A stretch of DNA of 64,000 nucleotides, taken from contig OZ249451.1 in assembly GCA_965235115.1 (NCBI GenBank), positions 14,756,001-14,820,000 on the forward strand, in the 5' to 3' direction. The translations under genes were made by a program, and so were the position numbers. The notes below the pieces were generated by a model that ran no database searches, was not told the DNA's origin, and saw nothing but the letters and a program-made list of their open reading frames with translations. This document shows, piece after piece, positions 50,822 through 60,830 of this stretch (position 1 is the first letter of the stretch; every line of letters starts with the position of its first letter). The stretch comes from Laetmonice hystrix (taxonomy: Eukaryota).

Positions 50822-51036
50822 TCTATCACAGCGTATGAAACCAGGGTTTCTTAATCGTTGGTGTGTGGACCTCCGAGGGACCATGGAATGTCTTCAGGGG
50901 GTCGGCAAAACGATTCTGTATATGTGTATATGGCGCGGGGACGCCAGCGTTCGGGTGACCTATGACCTCACGCCTCTGTTTTACAACTAAACATGAAAAC
51001 GGATCCCAAGGGGAGGTAGGTTTGAGCTGGTAAAGC

Positions 51037-51159
51037 TCAGAAGTTCTCGTAGTGAGATTGGAACGATGCCTTGCAGCGTTTGCTGGCGGCATGACAAGCC
51101 TTCTCCACACCCTTGGTAAGACCTGGCGGTCCACAGCTGAATACTCCAACCTTGCGGAC
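51037..51159 (-). CDS. Duox: Duox terminal coding exon (NADPH-binding C-terminus)
   Basis: AG acceptor, phase 0; [40 protein letters not shown]; NOX/DUOX FSCGP motif and terminal HYENF. Confidence 0.97.
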   Translation of the reverse strand, partial: VRKVGVFSCGPPGLTKGVEKACHAASKRCKASFQSHYENF

Positions 51160-51352
51160 CTAGGTCGAGAACACAGAGGGAAAAAATCATCAGGGGTATC
51201 AGGCAAAATATTCCAAGAATATAATCACAATATGTACATGATGTAATAGTAATCTAAACCAAATTTATCGAACATCGCCAGTAGCATTGGGAATACATTG
51301 TATCGCAGTAAGTTACCGCCACAACATTTTCACCGAGTTTTTTTATACTGAC

Positions 51353-51481
51353 CTTTGAGTGTTTGTTGTGAACTTCTAGAAGGATATCCTCAAAGTTTGG
51401 CCGTCCAAAATGGGTGCGAGCCTTGAGCCCAGTAAATATGCTTTTGTTTGCAATGCGTTGGAAATGCTCTTCACAGATATA
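51353..51481 (-). CDS. Duox: Duox exon (NADPH-binding domain)
   Basis: AG..GT, 129 nt, phase 0/0; YICEEHFQRIANKSIFTGLKARTHFGRPNF...HSK. Confidence 0.96.
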
Positions 51482-51669
51482 CTGCAAAAGTAAGAAAATC
51501 GTAATAAAACTAATCCTTTTTCCTTTGTAGCAAAATGAAGGGGGCTTGCTGTATGAAAACGGGGGGGGGGGGGTCATAAACCACACCATTCTATACACTT
51601 CTGCCACTCAGATAGAACTTGAAATTAGTTGGTGTTTATCTTGTATGTGTGTATATTTTTTTCACGTAC

Positions 51670-51825
51670 CAACATGGTTGTCCGTAGATCAAACTTCTGG
51701 AAGAATTGTGTGATGAAGATGTGTGTCTCCACCAGTTCGGACTTGTCGACTGACTCCACCTGGCGGAGAATGTCTACAAACCACTCATAGTGGCGCTGAC
51801 TAGCGGTGACCCAGATAAAATACAC
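51670..51825 (-). CDS. Duox: Duox exon (NADPH-binding domain)
   Basis: AG..GT, 156 nt, phase 0/0; VYFIWVTASQRHYEWFVDIL...KFDLRTTML. Confidence 0.96.
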
Positions 51826-51904
51826 CTGAAAAATCCAGGTCAGATGTCACGACTCGGAAACTTTCGTTACACATGACAGAAATAATATTTGCACACGGAG
51901 AAAG

Positions 51905-52140
51905 GAAGGAAGGGATCCAGATTTAAGAAGCAAGAAGAAGCAGAAAAATAAGCAGAAGCAAAAGAAGAAGCATAAGAAGAAGCATACGAATTAGGCTAGA
52001 AGAAGAAACAGAAGCAGAAGACCCAGAAGCAGACTCAGAAGAAGAAGACCCAGAAGGAGAAGACTCGGGAGAAGAAGACTCAGAAAAAGACCCAGAAGGA
52101 GGAGAAGACTGAAGAAAAACAAGAAGAAGAAGAAGCTATG
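51905..52140. repeat. Purine-rich (GAA/GAAGCA) low-complexity tract in a Duox intron
   Basis: Directly visible. Confidence 0.85.
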
Positions 52141-52823
52141 TGGTGACATCAAATTAGACACGGTCGACGACAAAGAGAAGATCATGCCATGATCTGGTTC
52201 TCACATACAAAGGGCCATTCTGACACAAACAATTGATCAATACAAGTTGGTACCGATATCGCCGTGGTGTTCACCAATAATACAATGATTGTTAACATTC
52301 ATAGAAAGGTGTTATTAATAGCCGATACTCTATCGGAAACAAACGACTTTAACTCTTAGCAGACTATCGGTGTCTAACTGTGCCAGGGCGTCGGGTCAAT
52401 TGTTTCAGATATCCTCTGGCCTTTGGCCAAAATAGGTCTACATGCCTATAAGATAAATAGAAATTAGAAAACTTTTTTTAAGCTAGCCTGCCCAAATAAA
52501 AGAAACTCTAAATAACTTAGTCATATCCTAGAAATGTTAGGCCTATTATTTTGATATTGTCCAATTTATTTTTTTATCATCTTTCTTTGCAGAATTTGGT
52601 TTTCAATGTTTCATCCTATGAGATGGAGATGGCTTTTACTACCAGAATAAAATATGATTGGGTGAAAACACATTATGAATATAAAACTGTTTCCACCCAT
52701 AGATCTAGAATAAAGAAGAAGAAAAAAATCGAGGCAAAGGTTAAACTATTTCATCCCAATGCAGATACCCGCTTTAGATTATAAAAAATAATGGGGGGGG
52801 GGGTTGAAGATGTAGAAGCTTAC

Positions 52824-52988
52824 CTTTCTACATTTCATGCGGAATGTATTTTTCACGGTTGACATGAACACAAAATCCTTGAGTATCGAAGAGTAAGGAG
52901 TTACTCCGATCCCCCCACCGACTAGTACCGACACGTCATACCGGTACCAGTCCTGCTGCCCGGCCCCGTACGGCCCGTCCAGGTACAG
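52824..52988 (-). CDS. Duox: Duox exon (FAD/NADPH junction)
   Basis: AG..GT, 165 nt, phase 0/0; [14 protein letters not shown]...[12 protein letters not shown]...MKCRK. Confidence 0.97.
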
Positions 52989-54172
52989 CTGAAAACACAC
53001 CAAATACAGCTCAGAACTTTTTAAAAATCAGAAAAAGACAAACTTTTAGTAAGTGGGTCCAAAGAGTGGAAGGTGTACATCGACTACTAGCCATTTTGCA
53101 CAAAAAAATATTAAATCGATAATATTTGAGGTAAAATCAAAAGTAAGAACAACAACCTTGAACAAGACTTCACTAAAAATATATGTTTTTGAAAAAACTT
53201 GCGCAGTGTGGAATCTCAAAACTACACAGGACACGTTTCGTTAGAAACGAACAGACCACCGAGCGTAGACCTATTACAAGAACATGACTTCTTCCATGTA
53301 AGTAGGCCCTAAAGGAACGTTCCTTTGTTCACAATTCCTTAAAATCAGCACGTAGCTAAAAAAGTCGGAGTCAGTTACACTAATCTTTGTTTCTTTCCCT
53401 AAATACGGCCATTAAACTGGGCGGATGACGTTCAACGCCCCTCGAGCAAACGTAGTTCGGTGGAATTCCACACGGGGGCGCTTCCATTAGGGCCGCCACG
53501 CCCACCCCAGCGCCCTCTGACGGAACGTATGGATTCATCCGAGAAATGCATGAATCACTTCACGTTCTAGTCTTTATAACTTGATGCTTTCACGAACACT
53601 TTTTTAACGTAAAGTACTCGATAATTATACTGTCTGTGACCTTTGAACCTTAGGGCAGAGTAATTAAACGTGCATGGGCACACGTGTCTTGTAACTATTA
53701 CTGTAAGGTCCCGCCACCTTTCCCCACGACGTGTCGTGACTAGAGAATGACGTCTACGTGTGTCAGGCCACAGAGAAAGAATTCATTGTTTATCATGACT
53801 GTTAGTCTGACCTCTCTATGCCGACATGCGCTGCTGTAGGTCTACATATAAGATATTTGACGAGGATCGACCTACACCAATATAGGGGCCTAAGTCCCAG
53901 CGTAGGACTTAAACTTCCCAAGTACCCCGTCAGGTAGCGCGGTAATTATGTATGTACAAATACCGCGTCTAAAGAAATCACGGGCGCCACCTAGCGTGAG
54001 ATGGGAGGCGTCTTCCTGCATTGCATAAAGGCATAAAGCCAGGAATCCATATGTCCGTAGTGCGTATTGCATACGCAATACGCAATACGCATCGCGCCCA
54101 CACTACGTCGTGCGTAATGCGTGTTTTCATTGTTTTGATTACGTACTACGGAATACACACTACTGTCCCCTG

Positions 54173-55201
54173 CCCCTAGATCCAGGCCTGGATAGTAGGG
54201 GGACATGGCCCTAGATCCGGGCCTGGGTAGTAGGGGGACATGTCCCTATATCCGGGCCTGGGTAGTAGTGGGGGGGGGGGGGGATGGCCCCCTTCCCCTA
54301 GATCCGGGCCTGGGTAGTAGGGGGACATGGCCCTAGATCTGGGCCTGGGTAGTAGTGGGGGGGGGGGGGGGCATGGCCCCCTTCCCCTAGATCCGGGCCT
54401 GGGTAGTAGGGGGACATGGCCCTAGATCCGGGCCTGGGTAGTAGTGGGGGGGGGGGGCATGGCCCCCTTCCCCTAGATCCGGGCCTGGGTAGTAGGGGGA
54501 CATGTCCCTAGATCCGGGCCTGGGTAGTAGGGGGACATGTCCCTATATCCGGGCCTGGGTAGTAGGGGGACATGTCCCTATATCCGGGCCTGGGTAGTAG
54601 GGGGACATGGCCCTAGATCCGGGCCTGGGTAGTATAGGGGGACATGGCCCTAGATCCGGGCCTGGGTAGTAGGGGGACATGGCCCTAGATCCGGGCCTGG
54701 GTAGTAGGGGGACATGGCCCTAGATCCGGGCCTGGGTAGTATAGGGGGACATGGCCCTAGATCCGGGCCTGGGTAGTAGGGGGACATGGCCCTAGATCCG
54801 GGCCTGGGTAGTAGGGGGACATGGCCCTAGATCCGGGCCTGGGTAGTAGGGGGACATGGCCCTAGATCCGGGCCTGGGTAGTAGGGGGACATGGCCCTAG
54901 ATCCGGGCCTGGGTAGTAGGGGGACATGGCCCTAGATCCGGGCCTGGGTAGTAGGGGGACATGGCCCTAGATCCGGGCCTGGGTAGTAGGGGGACATGGC
55001 CCTAGATCTGGGCTTGGGTAGTAGGGGGACATGGCCCTAGATCCAGGCCTGGGTAGTAGGGGGACATGGCCCTAGATCCGGGCCTGGGTAGTAGGGGGAC
55101 ATGGCCCTAGATCCGGGCCTGGGTAGTAGGGGGACATGGCCCTAGATCCGGGCCTGGGTAGTAGGGGGACATGGCCCTAGATCCGGGCCTGGGTAGTAGG
55201 G
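54173..55201. repeat. G-rich intronic minisatellite, 35-bp unit, ~28 copies
   Basis: Unit cctagatccgggcctgggtagtagggggacatggc; period 35 (54791, 54826); begins 15 nt into the intron after exon 55217-55446. Confidence 0.97.
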
Positions 55202-55216
55202 AGGTTTCGCTCTCAC

Positions 55217-55446
55217 CATTGGTAGCGGTCGGTCTCGGAGGTGATCCCGACTCAGTTTATTCCGTAGTGCCGTCGTCCACGGTCCACAAGTCCTGATGTG
55301 TGTACACAAAGTGTCCTCGTGTGGTGCCGATGTCAGTGTGAACGGGTGGTACTCATTCTTTCCCAGATCCAGGCAAGCTATCCGCACCCACTGACCCGAC
55401 TTGTACTCGAAATTCGGCGGACGTTTGAACTCGACCCTGGTCACAC
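55217..55446 (-). CDS. Duox: Duox exon (FAD-binding domain)
   Basis: AG..GT, 230 nt, phase 1/0; [24 protein letters not shown]...[16 protein letters not shown]...GPWT (HPFT motif). Confidence 0.97.
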
Positions 55447-55816
55447 CTGGAGAGTCGGCGACGGAACGTGAAAAACAATAGTGTCATGACAATGATATTG
55501 TTTGGAGAATTCGTCGAAAGGAGTTCTAGTGTTAGGGTCAATAGTGAAGTAGTAGTAAAAGCGACAACAGTGGAAGAATGCACATGAAATGTAAGTAACG
55601 GAAAATGTGAGCTGTAAAAACTAAAACTTCGAGACCGTGGGAGCAAGTGCTAAAGCATAGATGTTATCTAGATGCTTTAACTCGTAAGTCCGAGTACTAT
55701 GCCGTATATACATTCGATTATCACGGCATAATACATTCTCGGGCCCTCACCTTCATGCAATATCCACTCAATATTACATTATAAAAAAATAGGGATAATA
55801 AAATGTAATTTCTCAC

Positions 55817-55947
55817 CAGAGGGCAGCAGTTCGGCATCCTGGATGTGGATTTCGCGTTTTTTGCGGCTCAGTGAGATCGTTTTGTCCACCGTGAACAGAA
55901 TAGCCGGTCCGACGAAGTAAGTCCAAAACATAGGATCCTGTATGACC
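55817..55947 (-). CDS. Duox: Duox exon (last TM helix and linker)
   Basis: AG..GT, 131 nt, phase 2/1; VIQDPMFWTYFVGPAILFTVDKTISLSRKK...ELLPS. Confidence 0.95.
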
Positions 55948-56131
55948 CTGCAAACGGAAATAGAACACTGCATTTCCTTGCATGTCAATGGAAGGTGATA
56001 CTTGCCGTACAAACAGAAGAATAGCTGTTAAATAGGCAGAATCAGTCAATGAGGACAAGGTAGGACATAATTCCCACAAATTCCTCCTATATTTTAAATG
56101 TTAAATCCGTTAAAAATGATGAAATATTCAC

Positions 56132-56282
56132 CTGGATGCTCCATGAAGGAGGACGAGGATGTAGAATAAGTAGAAGAGTTTATGAGTGATCCAGAAGGCG
56201 TTGAAGATGTGAGACCGGGAGGTCTGGGTGGCGAACGTGTACATGACACATATCACCAAAACAAGCAGGTAGCCCGTCACTC
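56132..56282 (-). CDS. Duox: Duox exon (heme-ligating TM helix)
   Basis: AG..GT, 151 nt, phase 1/2; GVTGYLLVLV...FNAFWITHKLFYLFYILVLLHGAS, His pair 13 residues apart. Confidence 0.96.
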
Positions 56283-56609
56283 CTGAAAGTCCCACAACAA
56301 AAGTCTGTCAATCAAGTCAGTGACCGAACCTCCACCAAATTCGACAGATATTCTTTCTTTTCACAAAAAGTCTAGCCCTAACCGTACCCTCCGGTAGTCG
56401 GATCCCTCCTCCATCCCACCAATAACAGAATGAAAGAAAAGAAATTGCTCCCATCCCTATCCCTGCCTCAATCCAAACACCTACCCCTATACTTGTATTT
56501 GTTCAAATCTCTGCTTGATGTTGAGCATGAGCTCTAGCTGTCGTTCTACATAACCGTGATATACATTTACATTTTCCGGCAAACAGACGGAAGCCAAAGT
56601 TATAAATAC

Positions 56610-56659
56610 CTGTTAAGTTCATGAAGAGCCAGAAACTAAAGGTGGGCAGGATATCCGAT
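56610..56659 (-). CDS. Duox: Duox small exon
   Basis: AG..GT, 50 nt, phase 2/1; (R)SDILPTFSFWLFMNLT(G); phases match both neighbours. Confidence 0.9.
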
Positions 56660-56814
56660 CTGAAAGCGAAGAAATGATGATTGGCTGTGTATCCCAAATG
56701 TGCGTGTGTCTTTGGTCCCCAAAACCCTCCTCAGTGAAATGTCGAATTGACCAGTGTATAAAATTCGCAAACAACGGAAGAAACATAAAGGACTGCGGCA
56801 TTGTTAGTACTTAC

Positions 56815-57136
56815 CTAAAATGAACTTCGTCAAAGATGCAAAGGAAGTCGACAGGTTGTGTAGCGATGTGGTAGAAGTTGAAGCAGTAACCGACGACGTG
56901 GGTTCCTGTGAAGATGAGAGCTGTCCAGGCGACCAGTTTATGAAATGAGATGACCGAATCGAACGGGATGTAGAGATTGAGAACCGTCTCTCTGAGAGTG
57001 GTGATCAGGTTACGACACATGGTGAGTAGGAGGAGAGAGAAGCAGAGAGAGATACTGGCTGCAGCACCTCGAGTTAGACTAACTCCGTACCCTGCAATAC
57101 TACGGAAACCCTTGTGCTCCAGGTCCACGGCGTATG
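56815..57136 (-). CDS. Duox: Duox exon (ferric-reductase TM helices, heme ligands)
   Basis: AG..GT, 322 nt, phase 1/2; EHKGFRSIAGYGVSLTRGAAA...LTMCRNLITTLRET...IPFDS...FHKLVAW...HVVGYCFNFY. Confidence 0.97.
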
Positions 57137-57609
57137 CTGAAACAGGATGTATAAAATTTCTGGTCAGTGAAACAGGGAGATTGTTAGATCAGGGGTTCCG
57201 AAACGGGCCAAGCGAAGGACGTCAGCCAACTAGAGGGTTCTGGGGGCATGTTCCCCCGTACAGGCCCCGTCTTTATGAACAAAACCCCCATCTAATGGTG
57301 AATTCAAATGTGAGGGGGTTTAGGGAGCCACTCACAGGGGAGGAAAATAAACACCAATGACGCAGTCTTAATCTTTTGGCTGATTTAAAGTGGATGCAGA
57401 AAGAGCCACACTCTCAGAACACCGGAGTTTCATGGGCCTTGGCTGGACAACGTACAAGAGCAGCTAATTATACGAATCTTCCACCAAATCCAGGGGACTT
57501 GGCATACAATTACATGATAACCAAAACGACGATAATTAGCACTTGGAGGGGACACGAAGAACGTACATGAAACACTCCGTGAAAGTTTACAAAATATCAG
57601 TACACTCAC

Positions 57610-58047
57610 TGTAAAACCTTTCACCGAAGGATAAGGCACAAGCAAAGAAGAAGAGGAAGATGTAGACTATATGTTGTCTGTGATTCTCAGTGAAGTGACG
57701 GGCATCTTTCAAACCGGCACCAAGCCGACTGTACACCTCCGGTCTAACATCGAACGACATACTCTTGATAACGAGTCCCTCAGACCTTCTCTTCGAGTTG
57801 GTCTTCAAGGAACTGGCCAGTTGGTCTTTGGTGGGAGTGCTGAACATATCCTTGGTGAGGGGCGGCCGTTTGTCAAAAACGGAGTGTCGTTTGGTGACCT
57901 GTGATGACCTCCGTTCCCATAGAGACGACGGTCCAGCCGGCATGGACATGCGACGTTGCGTCGGGCGTTTGTCCATGGAGGCTCGTTTTTCCATCGACGC
58001 TCTTCGGGCTCCGATCTGCCTCGCCTCCTTTGCGCAACTGCCAGTTC
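57610..58047 (-). CDS. Duox: Duox exon (cytosolic Arg/Ser-rich insert plus first helix of the NOX TM domain)
   Basis: AG..GT, 438 nt, phase 1/1; ends ...RHFTENHRQHIVYIFLFFFACALSFGERFY. Confidence 0.93.
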
Positions 58048-58251
58048 CTACAAAATATAACAAAAAAAGTAATAAAAGTACTCCTAAGGGATGAACGGAT
58101 CGTAATTTTGCGCAACTCGTGACGCGATTTACTCAAAATCTGAAAGAGTGTGGGATGGTTCTTAAGCCCTCAGTTCACGACATGGCATATTTCAAGGACA
58201 TGCCATATTTCACGAAGGTCGAGAGGGGAGAGGCATGGGTTCGACACTCAC

Positions 58252-58427
58252 CTTTCCAGTCGAGGCAGACCTTCTGCAGGAGATCATTGTGTTCGGAGAA
58301 GGCCGTCTTGAAGTCATCGAACTTCATGGAGGACTGACCGTCGATACCAGCCGAGGCGAAGATTCGATCGGTGATGGTTTCAATCTCATCCCGGGAAGGC
58401 TTCGATCCTGTGATATCTACCATCGAT
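58252..58427 (-). CDS. Duox: Duox exon (post-EF-hand region)
   Basis: AG..GT, 176 nt, phase 2/1; (R)SMVDITG...IFASAGIDGQSSMKFDDFK...LDWK(G). Confidence 0.94.
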
Positions 58428-58465
58428 CTGTACAGGGGCAAACACGGGACTGAATTATTGAAAGT

Positions 58466-59463
58466 GCTTGGACCAACCCTGAAGATGGTCAACAAAAACA
58501 GACAGGGCTTGGACCAACCCTGAAGATGGTCACCAGGTACTGACAGGGCTTGGACCAACGCTGAAGATGGTCAACAGGTACTGACAGGGCTTGGACCAAC
58601 CCTGAAGATGGTCAACATGTACTGACAGGGGCTTGGACCAACCCTGAAGATGGTCACCAGGTACTGACAGGGCTTGGACCAACCCTGAAGATGGTCAACA
58701 TGTACTGACAGGGCTTGGACCAACCCTGAAGATGGTCAACAGGTACTGACATGGCTTGGACCAACCCTGAAGATGGTCAACAGGTACTGACAGGGCTTGG
58801 ACCAACCCTGAAGATGGTCAACAGGTACTGACAGGGCTTGGACCAACTCTGAAGATGGTCAGCAGGTACTGACAGGGCTTGGACCAACCCTGAAGATGGT
58901 CAACATGTACTGACAGGGCTTGGACCAACCCTGAAGATGGTCAACAGGTACTGACAGGGCTTGGACCAACCCTGAAGATGGTCAACAGGTACTGACATGG
59001 CTTGGACCAACCCTGAAGATGGTCAACAGGTACTGACAGGGCTTGGACCAACCCTGAAGATGGTCAACAGGTACTGACAGGGCTTGGACCAACCCTGAAG
59101 ACTGTCAACATGTACTGACAGGGCTTGTTCTCACCCTGAAGATGGTCAACATGTACTGACATGGCTTGGACCAACCCTGAAGATGGTCAACATGTACTGA
59201 CATGGCTTGGACCAACATTGAAGATGGTCAACATGTACTGACATGGCTTGGACCAACATTGAAGATGGTCAACAGGTACTGACAGGGCTTGGACCAACCC
59301 TGAAGATGGTCAACAGGTACTGACAGGGCTTGGACCAACCCTGAAGATGGTCAACAGGTACTGACAGGGCTTGTTCTCACCCTGAAGATGGTCAACATGT
59401 ACTGACATGGCTTGGACCAACCCTGAAGATGGTCAACATGTACTGACAGGGCTTGGACCAACC
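58466..59463. repeat. Intronic minisatellite, 41-bp unit, ~24 copies
   Basis: Unit gggcttggaccaaccctgaagatggtcaacaggtactgaca. Confidence 0.97.
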
Positions 59464-59535
59464 AATCACCACTAAGACCTAGATCAGAAGCCCATTTTGC
59501 CCTCTCGTCGCATTGGGCAATACGGGGATTTCCAT

Positions 59536-59891
59536 AAACCAGTTCACGCAAAGCCCACTAGGCGGCACCAGTCACTGCGCATGTGTGCTGAGTCGTCTGC
59601 AGTCACTGTTTCCGGAGTCATGGCTTAGCGGCCAGACAGTGAAGGAATTACGCAAGTATTTGGCAGAAAGAGGTTTGCCATGCAACAAGAAGACCAAATA
59701 AAGGTAACTTGTTTCACTGGCAACCGAGGTATAGCATTTTTCTATAGCCCAATCGAGCCCGACGATCATATGCATACTCGGAAAGAGAGCGGCGTTGTGT
59801 CCTACTGGATGTTGACACCGGAAGTCGCAGTGTCGGCGGAAGTGGGCTTTCGGCGCTGGCGGCGCATAGCGGGATTTGAGTGAACTCGTTT
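59536..59891. mobile_element. Non-autonomous DNA-transposon derivative carrying a SAP-motif fragment
   Basis: 36-bp imperfect TIRs at 59536-59571 and 59856-59891 (about 29/36). An internal + strand frame reads LSGQTVKELRKYLAERGLPCNKKTK*, resembling the SAP motif. Confidence 0.65.
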
Positions 59892-59949
59892 TGAGAAACT
59901 CGTGTAGAGTCTTCCAAGTGACAAAACCTCACCTGCCGTAAAGCCTCAC

Positions 59950-60179
59950 CTGATCATTTTACTAATCTCCTCTCTGTCCAGAGTGCCACTTTTGTCGATG
60001 TCGTACATCATGAACAATAAGTGAAGTTTGTCTGTACATGTGCCCTTGGAGAAGACGACCACGGCGTAGATCATGTCAGAGAAAGAGATAAAACCTTTTT
60101 GTTGTCGGTCAAACACTGAGAACATCTGGTTGACGAAGAGAGAGTCGGGACCGAGTGCTAGGGCTTCAGCGAATTCCTC
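59950..60179 (-). CDS. Duox: Duox exon (EF-hands)
   Basis: AG..GT, 230 nt, phase 0/2; EEFAEALALGPDSLFVNQMFSVFDRQQKGFISFSD...MYDIDKSGTLDREEISKMI. Confidence 0.97.
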
Positions 60180-60357
60180 CTGGGGTACAGAAATATAAGT
60201 AATGAAAATTGTGAAAACGATATCAACTGAAAATGATATTTCTGACTCAATAATATCACCTGTAATTTTCTGCCATGAAAGTTTCCCTATTTTCTACACG
60301 CCATAACGCTCACGCTAATTAGGTAATAATTTCGAAAAGTCCTCTGCATACACTTAC

Positions 60358-60441
60358 GCGGGTTAACTCGCATTCTTCGATGTCTTTACATTGCCCATAT
60401 CCGGTGTCATCCATTGGTCCAATCTCCTTCATGTTGTAAGC
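60358..60441 (-). CDS. Duox: Duox exon
   Basis: AG..GT, 84 nt, phase 0/0; AYNMKEIGPMDDTGYGQCKDIEECELTR (DUOX CELTR motif). Confidence 0.93.
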
Positions 60442-60830
60442 CTGTGCCAGATATTAACCACCCATAAATAAATACCTATGCGTGTGTGTATTACTAAAGC
60501 TAGTGCCATGGCTAGTGCCCAGCCAGAAAATTATCTGATAGCCAGATAAAATATTCCGACACTATGGCACCGATGGGCTTCCGTAGTTGGACTCTAAGCG
60601 TTCCGTTTTATTCATAGCTTCTTATGTTGGCAACTATCATCTTTCCTCCCGCAAGCTATCGGGTCAAAGGGTACTAGACTGTGAAGTTTCATGGTTGATT
60701 AAGACACCCTCGCTTTACTTTAATAAGTAGACCATGGAGAATCTTTTAAATGATCCTACAGATTATCTAAGGTATCACAATAACTAAGATTGTACTGAGT
60801 CTTATTTTCACGGACGACTGGGTAACTTGC

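Noticed and set aside
5097-59463. CRISPR-like appearance of the regular arrays
   Set aside because: Units are head-to-tail with no unique spacers, no cas genes are present, and the context is eukaryotic and intron-containing.
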